Source: a bacterium (GTDB lineage: Bacteria; UBA10199; 2-02-FULL-50-16; JAJFLM01). From it: DNA of 64,000 nt. The stretch covers positions 1,440,001-1,504,000 of the forward strand of contig CBDCFN010000016.1 in the NCBI GenBank assembly GCA_965216315.1, given 5' to 3'. A program made the position numbers and the translations under genes. Of this stretch, positions 31,602-40,480 are shown piece by piece; positions within the stretch are counted from its first letter, which is position 1; the number at the start of each line of letters is the position of its first letter. Below the pieces are notes generated by a model, which was not told where the DNA came from, made no database searches, and saw only the letters and a list, made by a program, of their open reading frames with translations.

Positions 31602-31714
31602 CCCTTGCAGCGCTAGACGCAACGCAGCATTATCAGTTTGAGAATCCCAATTAGCCGAACAATTAAGGCCTCTTCCAACCTCACGTTTTTCCAAGACTTT
31701 TTCAGCTCGCCTGC

Positions 31715-31743
31715 TTGACGTCACCTTTTAAAAGAGATAATCT
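31715..31743 (+). promoter_or_regulatory. sigma70-like promoter
   Basis: TTGACG-N17-TAATCT. Confidence 0.6.
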
Positions 31744-31780
31744 GAGATCGTGAGTAATCTCAGGGGGTTAGTGTAAGCTC

Positions 31781-32488
31781 ATGGCGCTGTTTGATGAAAT
31801 TTGGAAAAAGGTTTCCGAAGACGATGGCACGGGCACGCGGGTCATCAAATACGGGTCCAATGAGGACCTCGTCTTCATCTATGCCTCGGGCTTTGTGGAC
31901 TCCGCCAAATACGACCTCAAATCCTGGCTGGATGCCTTCGAGCCGAGCAAACAAGAAGATGGTACCTACAAGGTTTCGCAGGCGCAATGGGCGGAAAAAG
32001 AAAAATTTTATTACACGGGTTCCGTGCGCGACCCTTTTAACGCCCTCTTGATCCCGGAACAGAATTTTACCGAGGCGGAGTTGCTGGATCTATTTAATAC
32101 CTGCATTGTTCCTTCGTCCCAAGCCACGCCCAAGACGGTCCCCAACTTTATCAGAGATTATAAAGCACGCGGGCTCTTTAAAAACGGGAAAATTATGATG
32201 GATAAGAAGCTGAAGGAAGAGCTTCATGCCTTCATCACAGCCTTCCCTTCTCCACTGCGCGTCCTGGAAACAAACGTGCAAAAACTGCTTCGAGGTGAAA
32301 AGCCCCTGGCGGCCGGCGGCAGTACCAAGACCGGCTATTCACCCGGAGAAAGCAAGGTCAAGACGACGCAGGCGCAACTTGAGGCCATCCTCGGTGGAAG
32401 CGGACGGGCAGCCCCGGCCCCCAAACCTCAGGAAGATCAAATGTCCGTGAAAGATTTGCAAAAGCAAATCAAGAAAAGGCCCGTCTAA
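31781..32488 (+). CDS. Unknown family X, paralog 3
   Basis: DDGTGTRVI.YGS..DLVF.YASGFVD..KYDLK.WL shared with the 31065 protein. Confidence 0.9.
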   Translation: MALFDEIWKKVSEDDGTGTRVIKYGSNEDLVFIYASGFVDSAKYDLKSWLDAFEPSKQEDGTYKVSQAQWAEKEKFYYTGSVRDPFNALLIPEQNFTEAELLDLFNTCIVPSSQATPKTVPNFIRDYKARGLFKNGKIMMDKKLKEELHAFITAFPSPLRVLETNVQKLLRGEKPLAAGGSTKTGYSPGESKVKTTQAQLEAILGGSGRAAPAPKPQEDQMSVKDLQKQIKKRPV

Positions 32489-32494
32489 GCCCAC

Positions 32495-32836
32495 TCAGTG
32501 ACCGGAATCTGCAGTCGATTGCGCGTGTAAGGCCAGCTCTCGCTCCAACTCTTTTTCCAGTTCCTTGATACGTTTTGCCTGCTCTTTACTGGCTTGACGC
32601 CTAAAGATCGCCGGCAGTGCCTGCAAAAACGCCAACAAGAGAATCCCACCCGAAAAAGCAATGATCAGGACAAACCCCAATGGCATTTCGACCGAGCGGA
32701 GCGTTAACAGGCCGGGGATCTTAAACCGAAATACCATCGGATAACCGAGGATTTCAGGGCTCATGTTACTGTAGAGAAAATTTAGCAGGACAAACAAAAT
32801 AAGCGCCAGTACGACGGCATTGATAATTTTTTTCAT
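32495..32836 (-). CDS. LapA-family (LPS assembly protein A) membrane protein
   Basis: Two TM helices, MPLGFVLIIAF.GG, coiled tail; typical position after ihfB. Confidence 0.7.
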   Translation of the reverse strand: MKKIINAVVLALILFVLLNFLYSNMSPEILGYPMVFRFKIPGLLTLRSVEMPLGFVLIIAFSGGILLLAFLQALPAIFRRQASKEQAKRIKELEKELERELALHAQSTADSGH

Positions 32837-33315
32837 CGTTGCTCCCAGGCCTTAACTAAGGCCTCATAAGTCTCATCCATTGCTTGCGGCATAACCTTGG
32901 TATCACTAAAAACCGGCATAAAATTCGTATCTCCAACCCAGCGAGGGACGAGATGAAAATGGATATGATCGGGTATCCCCGCCCCGGCCGCCTTACCCAG
33001 ATTGAGCCCGACATTAAAACCTTCGGCCTTCAAGGTCGTCGTCAGGATTTCCGACCAGGTCGCCAGGGACGCCATCATTTCAGCCGAGGTCTCCGCATCC
33101 AGGCCGGCCATCGTCTCCGTATGTCGGTATGGGACTACCATCAGATGACCATTACTATAAGGGAATTTATTGAGAATGACGAATGATTGCTGACCGCGGG
33201 CCAAAATCAGGTCTTCGCGGTCTGTGCCGCGCTCCACCCGATTGCAAAAGATACAGCCTGTTTCCTTTTCGCCCAAAATGAACTCCATGCGCCAGGGGGC
33301 CCATAGTTGTTTCAT
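32833..33315 (-). CDS. HIT-domain nucleotide hydrolase (Ap4A phosphorylase/FHIT-like)
   Basis: LWAPWR, CIFC, NKFPYSNGHLMVVP, HIHFHLVPRW. Confidence 0.92.
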   Translation of the reverse strand: MKQLWAPWRMEFILGEKETGCIFCNRVERGTDREDLILARGQQSFVILNKFPYSNGHLMVVPYRHTETMAGLDAETSAEMMASLATWSEILTTTLKAEGFNVGLNLGKAAGAGIPDHIHFHLVPRWVGDTNFMPVFSDTKVMPQAMDETYEALVKAWEQR

Positions 33316-33633
33316 TTACGAATTTTCGGCCTTTTGGAGGATGATACCGCCATGATTGTTATTGATGCGCTCACGAAGCTCTTTACCCACTTTGAAGAAT
33401 GGAACTTTACGCTCACCGACGTGGACTTTTTCGCCGGATTTCGGGTTGCGTCCGATGCGGGGTTTTCTTGCGCGGACCTCAAAGCTGCCAAAGCCACGGA
33501 TTTCGATCCGTTCCCCGCGCTTCAGTGAATCCGTCATACTGCTAAAGATCTCATTGACGATGACTTCCATGTCCTTAAGCGAAATATGCTTTGCACGTGC
33601 AGCCAAAGTGTTAATCAAGTCCGATTTATTCAT
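33316..33633 (-). CDS. ihfB: Integration host factor beta subunit
   Basis: MNKSDLI, RIEIRGFGSF, GRNPKSG, PFFKVGKELRERIN. Confidence 0.92.
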   Translation of the reverse strand: MNKSDLINTLAARAKHISLKDMEVIVNEIFSSMTDSLKRGERIEIRGFGSFEVRARKPRIGRNPKSGEKVHVGERKVPFFKVGKELRERINNNHGGIILQKAENS

Positions 33634-33644
33634 TCCATCATCTC

Positions 33645-34523
33645 CTATATACGCCACAAGGCCATTGGTTCGCGTTGGGCCGACAGATTGAGCGTCTGAA
33701 TCACTGCAAACATTTCTTCAGCAAAATACCGCATCCAGTGGTCCCCTTTTTTCTTCGGAAAAACCACCTCGGGCTTCCCCTCGACACCACCTAATTTTGC
33801 CGCCTCATCTACCGCGTCTTGCATCGAACCCAATGCATCAACGAGACCCAACTTGAGCGCTTCTTCCCCCGTATAAACGCGCCCATCAGCAATTTTATCT
33901 ACTTCAGCAGCCGGTAATTTCCTTTGTTCGGCTACAACCCTCTTAAATTGAGCAAACATTTGAAAGATCATATCTTTAAAAAGCTTTTTATCATTGTCGC
34001 TCAGCGGTCTAAAGGGGGAGCCCATATCCTTGTTAGGACCTGTGGCCAAAACTTCCGGTTTGAGTTTGGCCAAACCCAGCAATTCGCCGACACTGACATG
34101 ATTAATTTTCACTCCAATGCTACCGGTAATCGTCCCTTCATTCGCCAGAATTTTGTCAGCGGCAATCGCCACATAGTAAGCGCCGGAAGCGGCCAAGGTT
34201 CCCATCGAGGCGACAACCGGCTTTTCTTCGCGGAGCCGTTTTATGGCGCGATACATCTCTTGAGACGGACTGACCAAGCCTCCCGGCGAATCAATGCGGA
34301 CGACAACGGCCTTTATATCCTCGCGTTCGGCGACATCTTCAAGCTGTTGAATAAAACCGAGTGAATCAACAATCTCGCCTTCCAACTTGATGACGGCGAC
34401 ATCACCCCTCTTCTGAAAGTCACCGCCCGCAACGATCATAATGAGGCCCAGAAAAAACAGGCCCACCGAAATGGTAAAGAACACAACTCCAAACAGAATC
34501 AGGACAGTATTGCTTTTTTTCAT
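33645..34523 (-). CDS. sppA: Signal peptide peptidase SppA (36K type)
   Basis: RIDSPGG, AASGAYYVA, TGSIGV, ADGRVYTG. Confidence 0.93.
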   Translation of the reverse strand: MKKSNTVLILFGVVFFTISVGLFFLGLIMIVAGGDFQKRGDVAVIKLEGEIVDSLGFIQQLEDVAEREDIKAVVVRIDSPGGLVSPSQEMYRAIKRLREEKPVVASMGTLAASGAYYVAIAADKILANEGTITGSIGVKINHVSVGELLGLAKLKPEVLATGPNKDMGSPFRPLSDNDKKLFKDMIFQMFAQFKRVVAEQRKLPAAEVDKIADGRVYTGEEALKLGLVDALGSMQDAVDEAAKLGGVEGKPEVVFPKKKGDHWMRYFAEEMFAVIQTLNLSAQREPMALWRI

Positions 34524-36124
34524 TCGCCCGCTGAATCGGATTCTAATAGACCGAAGGCAATCCGACGTTCCCTCTCGTCAATCGAGTGCAGAATGACGTT
34601 GATCTTTTGACCACGATCAAAATTGTGCTTGAATTGAGCGCCCGCTTCCTCTTCTTCTTCCGTCAAGGCCGACTTGGGGACTACCCCTTCAACTCCCGGC
34701 TCAACTTCGATCTCGAGACCTCGATCGGTGATTCCCAATACGGTGCCTTCAAACTTCTTGCCGATTTCGTAGTCGTCACGAAGCCGCGGCCAGGGATCTT
34801 CTACTAATTGCTTAATTCCCAGTGAAAACCGTTCATTGTCCGTATCGATGGCCAGCACGACCGCTTTTACCTTGTCACCCTTGCGATACAAATCTTGAGG
34901 GTGACGCACTTTGCGGGTCCAAGAGATATCCGAAACATGAACCAAGCCATCAATATCAACATCCTCAAGGCCGATGAAGACACCAAAGTCGGTTACATTG
35001 CGCACAGTTCCCGTCACTTCCATGCCTTCTTGATATTTGTCCTGTAAGATTTGCCAGGGATTATCGAGCAACTGTTTCATGCCGAGTGAAATGCGGCGAT
35101 TGCCCCGATCAATGTCCAAGATCACGACCTCAACCTCTTGCCCCACATCAACGATCTTTGACGGCGGCTTGGTCTTCTTGGTCCAGGTCATTTCGGAGAT
35201 ATGCGCCAGGCCTTCAACGCCCTCTTCAAGTTCCAAGAAGGCGCCATAATCCATAATATTCACAACCTTAGCGACGAGTCGCTTACCGATCGGGTAACGT
35301 TCTTCAATGCCCTTCCACGGATCCGATGAAAGTTGCTTTAAGCCCAGCGACACCTTGCCGGTTGATTGATCCACGTTAAGGATCTGAACATTGATATCGT
35401 CGCCAACCTGACAAATTTCCGAAGGATGATTGAGACGTCCCCAACTCATATCTTTGATATGAAGCAGACCATCGACTCCACCGAGATCCACAAAGGCCCC
35501 GTAGTCGGTGATATTCTTGACTGTTCCATGCATCGAATTGCCTTCAACGATATTTTGCAGGGTCTCTTTACGGACTTGATCTCTATCCTTCTCCAGCAAC
35601 ACACGGCGCGACAAGATGATGTTCCCCTTGCGCTTATTAAGCTTGAGGATCTTGAAATTGAACTTCTTGCCGACAAAATTTTCCAGGGAAGAAACGGGCC
35701 GGATATCGACCTGCGACGCGGGCAGAAAGGCTTTGACTCCAATGTCGACTGAAAGCCCACCCTTCACTTTTGCAATCACCATTCCTTCAATGGCCTCATC
35801 ATTGTCAGCCGCAGACTGTAACTTGTCCCACGCCTTAAAGGCTACGGCCTTCTCCTTAGAAAGCACCGCAAAACCATCTTCGGTATCAAACTGCTCCAAA
35901 TAAACTTCGACGCTGTCGCCTTCCTCGACCAACAGATCACCGCTGACCGGATCAATAAATTCGGAACGTGGAACTAAGCCCTCACTCTTATGTCCAAAAT
36001 CGACGATGACACTGTCGGGAATAATCTGAACAACCTCTCCGTTGACGATATCGCCCTCTTGGGCCAGGTCACTGCCTGTCGTCGCCTCTAGTAACTTTTC
36101 GAACTCACTCATTGTCTCTGGCAT
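34520..36124 (-). CDS. rpsA: 30S ribosomal protein S1
   Basis: Six S1 repeats; DYGAFVDLGGVDGLLH, RISLGMKQ. Confidence 0.96.
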   Translation of the reverse strand: MPETMSEFEKLLEATTGSDLAQEGDIVNGEVVQIIPDSVIVDFGHKSEGLVPRSEFIDPVSGDLLVEEGDSVEVYLEQFDTEDGFAVLSKEKAVAFKAWDKLQSAADNDEAIEGMVIAKVKGGLSVDIGVKAFLPASQVDIRPVSSLENFVGKKFNFKILKLNKRKGNIILSRRVLLEKDRDQVRKETLQNIVEGNSMHGTVKNITDYGAFVDLGGVDGLLHIKDMSWGRLNHPSEICQVGDDINVQILNVDQSTGKVSLGLKQLSSDPWKGIEERYPIGKRLVAKVVNIMDYGAFLELEEGVEGLAHISEMTWTKKTKPPSKIVDVGQEVEVVILDIDRGNRRISLGMKQLLDNPWQILQDKYQEGMEVTGTVRNVTDFGVFIGLEDVDIDGLVHVSDISWTRKVRHPQDLYRKGDKVKAVVLAIDTDNERFSLGIKQLVEDPWPRLRDDYEIGKKFEGTVLGITDRGLEIEVEPGVEGVVPKSALTEEEEEAGAQFKHNFDRGQKINVILHSIDERERRIAFGLLESDSAGE

Positions 36125-36202
36125 AACTATGTCAATCTCCTCTCAAAAAGATGCAGCCGGGTCGTTGTGCTATTACGAAAGTGCCCGATTGTCAAAGGGA
36201 TT

Positions 36203-37498
36203 TTAGGATTGTGGCCTCGACAAGGCAAGCCAATCCTCGATAAAACCGGGATAGGAGATCGCTGTGCACGCGTAATCAGCTATTCTCACCGGACCGGAGG
36301 CCACCGCGGCCGCCACCGTCAAGGCCATCGCCATGCGATGATCTCCATGACTCTTCACCTCTCCGGCCTTTATCTGACGGCCTCCTTCAATAATCAAACC
36401 GTCAGGCTTTTCTTCGACCAAAACCCCTAATGTCGCTAATTCGGAGGCTACAGCCTTTAAACGGTCGGTTTCTTTGACCCGCAGTTCCTCCGCCCCCCAT
36501 ATTCTCGTCGACCCCTCAGCGCACGCCGCGGCCACGGCCAGGATGGGAATTTCGTCGATCAGACTCGGAATCAAGGCCGGTGGACACTCCACCCCTCGGA
36601 GTGACGATGATTCGACATACACATCAGCCACCGTTTCCCCGCCGACTTTTCGTTCATTCTCCACGCGAATACGCCCCCCCATTTCCTGCAAGAGCCCGAG
36701 CAAACCGGATCGCGTTGGGTTCAACAGAACCGCCTCCAAACAAATAGAACTATTGGGCACAATCAAGGCTGCTACCATGAAAAAAGCGGCTGAAGAAAAA
36801 TCACTTGGGACTTGAATGTCTTGTGCCTGGAGAGATTGACCGGGTTCCAGTTCGACCCAGCCGGATCCAAAGCGAATCGACGCCCCCATGCTCTCCAACA
36901 TACGCTCCGTATGATCGCGGCTCGCCAACGGTTCGTCAATACGCGTCATTGAATCCGCGTAAAGGCCGGCAAGTAACAAAGCGGACTTCACCTGCGCCGA
37001 GGCCACGGGTGAGGCGTATTGAATCCCCTTCAAAGGCGAACCCGACACGACAATAATGCGACGCCCGGATTCATGTGTTTCTGCAAGCGTCGCCCCCATT
37101 TCCTGAAGCGGCTCGATGACACGTCCCATGGGCCGTTGATCGAGGGACTCATCTCCGGTCAAACGCGACGCAAAAACTTGTCCCGCCAGTAGTCCGCTTA
37201 TCAAACGGAGTGTCGTTCCACTATTGCCACAGTATAAAGGAGCGTTTGACTCTTTCAGCCCATGCAAACCTACGCCCGTAATCGTCAGCCCGTTGTCGTC
37301 ACGTTGGATCGGAACCCCTAAAGCCTCCATGATCGCGGCCGTGCGCCCGACATCCTCCGAATCAAGCAATCCCTGCACACGCGCCTGCCCATCGCTAATT
37401 CCCGAGAGGATAAGCGCGCGATGCGAAATCGATTTGTCACCAGGAACACGGAGAGTGCCGCGGAGTTGTTTGACTGGATGGATGGTTTGCGATGACAT
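36203..37498 (-). CDS. aroA: EPSP synthase
   Basis: PGDKSISHR, GNSGTT, ASAQVKSA, RDHTE, ELRVKETDR, DHRMAM. Confidence 0.97.
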   Translation of the reverse strand: MSSQTIHPVKQLRGTLRVPGDKSISHRALILSGISDGQARVQGLLDSEDVGRTAAIMEALGVPIQRDDNGLTITGVGLHGLKESNAPLYCGNSGTTLRLISGLLAGQVFASRLTGDESLDQRPMGRVIEPLQEMGATLAETHESGRRIIVVSGSPLKGIQYASPVASAQVKSALLLAGLYADSMTRIDEPLASRDHTERMLESMGASIRFGSGWVELEPGQSLQAQDIQVPSDFSSAAFFMVAALIVPNSSICLEAVLLNPTRSGLLGLLQEMGGRIRVENERKVGGETVADVYVESSSLRGVECPPALIPSLIDEIPILAVAAACAEGSTRIWGAEELRVKETDRLKAVASELATLGVLVEEKPDGLIIEGGRQIKAGEVKSHGDHRMAMALTVAAAVASGPVRIADYACTAISYPGFIEDWLALSRPQS

Positions 37499-37507
37499 GA
37501 TGTACGT

Positions 37508-38401
37508 TTACATGAATTTATCTCGTTTACGTTTGGCACGCTCAAACAATTGCATCAATCGTTTACTATCACCCCGCTTCAGCGCTTTTTTTAATTCATT
37601 CCACTCTTTTTCAAATTTTCCCATCGCTTTAAGGAGAGCCGCTCGGTTATCCAAACTGATATCACGCCACATAACCGGATCGGAACCGGCGATGCGGGTC
37701 GTATCCCGAAAACCGCTGCCGGCAAATTTCACAAGTTCCTTCGCGTCACCGATGCCATTGATGAGACTATAGGCTGCCAGCTGGGGTAAATGACTGATGT
37801 GTGCCAGTAGCTGGTCATGCTTGGCCGCCGTCATGATCGTTACCCGGGCCCCTTGCACTTCCCAGAGGCGTTTGACCTTGCGTAGCACGGCTGGCGCCGC
37901 TTTGGTCGGTGTCAGGATGACCGCTCGGTCCTTAAAGAGATCACGCAACGCGGCCTTAGCACCCGTCACGGAACGTCCGGCAATCGGATGTCCGCCGATA
38001 AAGGTCACCGGCCCTTTAATCCGTCGTGCCGCCGCCTTGACGATCGATTGTTTGGTGCTCCCCACATCTGTAATGACAGCCCCCGGCTGCAACGAAGCGA
38101 TCAATTCCTTAGGAATCGCCTCCACAAATTCGAGTGCCGTCTGCACGGGTGTCGCCAACAGAATGAGGTCTGCTTCGCGTAGGGCCTGCGCTCCTTTCCC
38201 CTTAAAGAGATCGCTTGTCCTGCGAATGGTAAGGCCCTTATGAACTGCCTTGCGCTGCCGTGCGGTCTTCAGGTTAGCCGCACTCCGGCCCACCCCAATG
38301 ACTTGGGAAGCCATGCGGCGCGTCACGAGATTGAGTCCCACGGATGCACCGATCAGGCCGGTTCCAATGATAACGACTTTATCAACGAGTTTATTTGCCA
38401 C
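37508..38401 (-). CDS. tyrA: Prephenate/arogenate dehydrogenase
   Basis: GTGLIG, TDVGSTK, GGHPIAG, HD...SHLP, GFRDTTRIA; GTG start. Confidence 0.93.
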   Translation of the reverse strand: MANKLVDKVVIIGTGLIGASVGLNLVTRRMASQVIGVGRSAANLKTARQRKAVHKGLTIRRTSDLFKGKGAQALREADLILLATPVQTALEFVEAIPKELIASLQPGAVITDVGSTKQSIVKAAARRIKGPVTFIGGHPIAGRSVTGAKAALRDLFKDRAVILTPTKAAPAVLRKVKRLWEVQGARVTIMTAAKHDQLLAHISHLPQLAAYSLINGIGDAKELVKFAGSGFRDTTRIAGSDPVMWRDISLDNRAALLKAMGKFEKEWNELKKALKRGDSKRLMQLFERAKRKRDKFM

Positions 38402-39494
38402 GAGGATACGATCCGAGCACTTTGAGGAACTGACACTTAGCTTCCACTTCTTTGACGGCTTTTTTGACGCGAGGGGACAGAATGTGACCATCCAGATCGA
38501 TGAAGAACGCGTACTCCCAACGGTCTTTTTTACCCTGACTCTTCACTTTAGACGCATGCAGACGCATCATGGGCCGCGATTCAATCTTCGACAGATTGAT
38601 CCCCGCTTTATAAAAAGGCTTGAGCATCTCAAAGAGCACACCCATCTCATCCTTAACCGCAAATACCAATGACGTCTTATCTTCACCGCTGCGTTTCGGC
38701 GATTGCGAACCCAAGACCAAGAAACGCGTGACGTTATGATGATGGTCTTCGATATTTTTCTGTAACACTTTCAGATTATAATGGGCTGCCGCCAGTTCAC
38801 TGCCAATCGCGTAAGACTTAGGATCCCCGGCCGCAAGTTGTGCCGCTTGGGCTGTCGACGCAACGTGCTTCATGCCTACATTCGGGTAATGACGATCCAG
38901 CCAGTTGCGGCACTGGGCTGTCGCCTGCGGATGCGTATAGATCTGCAACGGATCGATGCCCTTGCGCAGCCCTAAAAGACAATGATGAATTTCCAGCAAA
39001 ACCTCGCCGCATATTTGCAAGGGCGACTCCATCAGACGATCCATCGTATGCGTCACGACGCCCTCGGTTGAATTTTCAATGGGCACGACGCCATATTTGA
39101 CTTCCCCGGACTCAACCGCATCAAAAACGCCACTGATCGAGGACTGAGGCAGCATCTGCGTCGAATGCCCAAAATGCTTGAGCGCGGCTCCCTGCGTGAA
39201 CGTGGCTTCAGGACCTAAATAAGCGACTTGAATCGGCGACTGCAAAGAGCGACAGGCCGAAAGAACTTCACGATAGACATTACGCAGCGCCGCCGTCGGA
39301 AAAGGCCCCTCATTGGCGCGAACAATCTTGCCCAACACCTTTTGTTCGCGATCCGGTGCATAGGTCTGTTTTTTGCCCTTCTGCTTGGCCTTGCCGATCT
39401 GGACCGCCGTCTTTGCCCTTTGATTAAGCAGACGGATGATCTTTTGATCGACCGCATCGATTTGCTGTCTCAATTCGGATAACGTTTTTGCCAT
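38391..39494 (-). CDS. pheA: Chorismate mutase/prephenate dehydratase
   Basis: LRQQIDAVD, YLGPEATF, VPIENSTEG, TRF, INLSKIESRP, LGSYP. Confidence 0.96.
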   Translation of the reverse strand: MAKTLSELRQQIDAVDQKIIRLLNQRAKTAVQIGKAKQKGKKQTYAPDREQKVLGKIVRANEGPFPTAALRNVYREVLSACRSLQSPIQVAYLGPEATFTQGAALKHFGHSTQMLPQSSISGVFDAVESGEVKYGVVPIENSTEGVVTHTMDRLMESPLQICGEVLLEIHHCLLGLRKGIDPLQIYTHPQATAQCRNWLDRHYPNVGMKHVASTAQAAQLAAGDPKSYAIGSELAAAHYNLKVLQKNIEDHHHNVTRFLVLGSQSPKRSGEDKTSLVFAVKDEMGVLFEMLKPFYKAGINLSKIESRPMMRLHASKVKSQGKKDRWEYAFFIDLDGHILSPRVKKAVKEVEAKCQFLKVLGSYPRGK

Positions 39495-39570
39495 TCACTC
39501 TCTCTACTGTACACGCGGTCTCTCTTCAACATTTTCTTGTAATATTCTCCCTTCGGGATACAAAGCGGCT

Positions 39571-40296
39571 ATGCCTCATTCCCCTCGATCTTATCGGCTG
39601 TTACAGCAAGTCGTGGAAGGCCGCCGGACTTCTTACGTCACGCAGGCCTTGATGATCATCAATGTCGTCTGGTTCATTTATATGACGGCGGCGGGAGTCA
39701 GCCTGTCACGCCCGGATCCCCTGCTACTGGTCCGCTTTGGAGCGCTCTATTCCCCACTGGTTTATCAAGGCGAGCTATGGCGCCTGCTGAGCTGCCAATT
39801 TGTCCACATTGGCCTGCTCCATATCGGCTTCAATACCTATGTCCTCTACGCCATCGGCAAGGACCTCGAGATTCTCTACGGCCGGGTCGCCTTTTTGACC
39901 GTTTACCTGTTCTCCGGGACCTGCGGCGCCTTGGCCAGCCTCTGGGCCCACCCGGTCGGCCTCTCCGCGGGGGCCTCGGGCGCCATTTTCGGTCTCGCCG
40001 GGGCCGCGCTCTCTTTTTATTTACGCCTGCACGAGCCCATGCTCAAACAGGTCTTTCAACGCTGGCGGAATAGCCTGTTGGCGTTCGTCGGCTACAACGC
40101 CATCTTTGGCTTCATCGTCCCGGGCATCGATAATTTCGCCCACTTCGGCGGGCTGCTGGCGGGTTTTGCAATGGGCTATATCGTTTCGGCACCGGAAGGG
40201 ACTGAAACGGAGAGCTATATAAGGATAGGCGCGGGGATCATCGGCGGGCTAGGATTTCTCTACGCCGTCGCTAAATTACTCTCATTGCCGATCTAG
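39571..40296 (+). CDS. Rhomboid family intramembrane serine protease
   Basis: WRLL, HIGLLHIGFN, GASGAIFG, AHFGG. Confidence 0.93.
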   Translation: MPHSPRSYRLLQQVVEGRRTSYVTQALMIINVVWFIYMTAAGVSLSRPDPLLLVRFGALYSPLVYQGELWRLLSCQFVHIGLLHIGFNTYVLYAIGKDLEILYGRVAFLTVYLFSGTCGALASLWAHPVGLSAGASGAIFGLAGAALSFYLRLHEPMLKQVFQRWRNSLLAFVGYNAIFGFIVPGIDNFAHFGGLLAGFAMGYIVSAPEGTETESYIRIGAGIIGGLGFLYAVAKLLSLPI

Positions 40297-40358
40297 TGAC
40301 GCGATTGACATGTCCTCCGCATTTCGAGTACATGAAGCGCTCTGTAGATTTCTACCAA

Positions 40359-40431
40359 GCGGGAGTAGCTCAGTTGGTAGAGCATCACGTTGCCAACGTG
40401 AATGTCGCGGGTTCGAGTCCCGTCTCCCGCT
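40359..40431 (+). tRNA. tRNA-Gly (GCC); CCA not encoded
   Basis: Cloverleaf GCGGGAG...CTCCCGC-T; anticodon arm TCACG-TTGCCAA-CGTGA; GGTTCGAGTCC. Confidence 0.95.
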
Positions 40432-40442
40432 CATTGTTTTTC

Positions 40443-40480
40443 AAGGACTTAGCGCTCAGGCGTTAAGTCCTTTTTTCTTT
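40443..40480 (+). terminator. tRNA-Gly rho-independent terminator, overlapping the integrase stop codon
   Basis: AAGGACTTAGCGC-TCAG-GCGTTAAGTCCTT plus T run. Confidence 0.8.
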
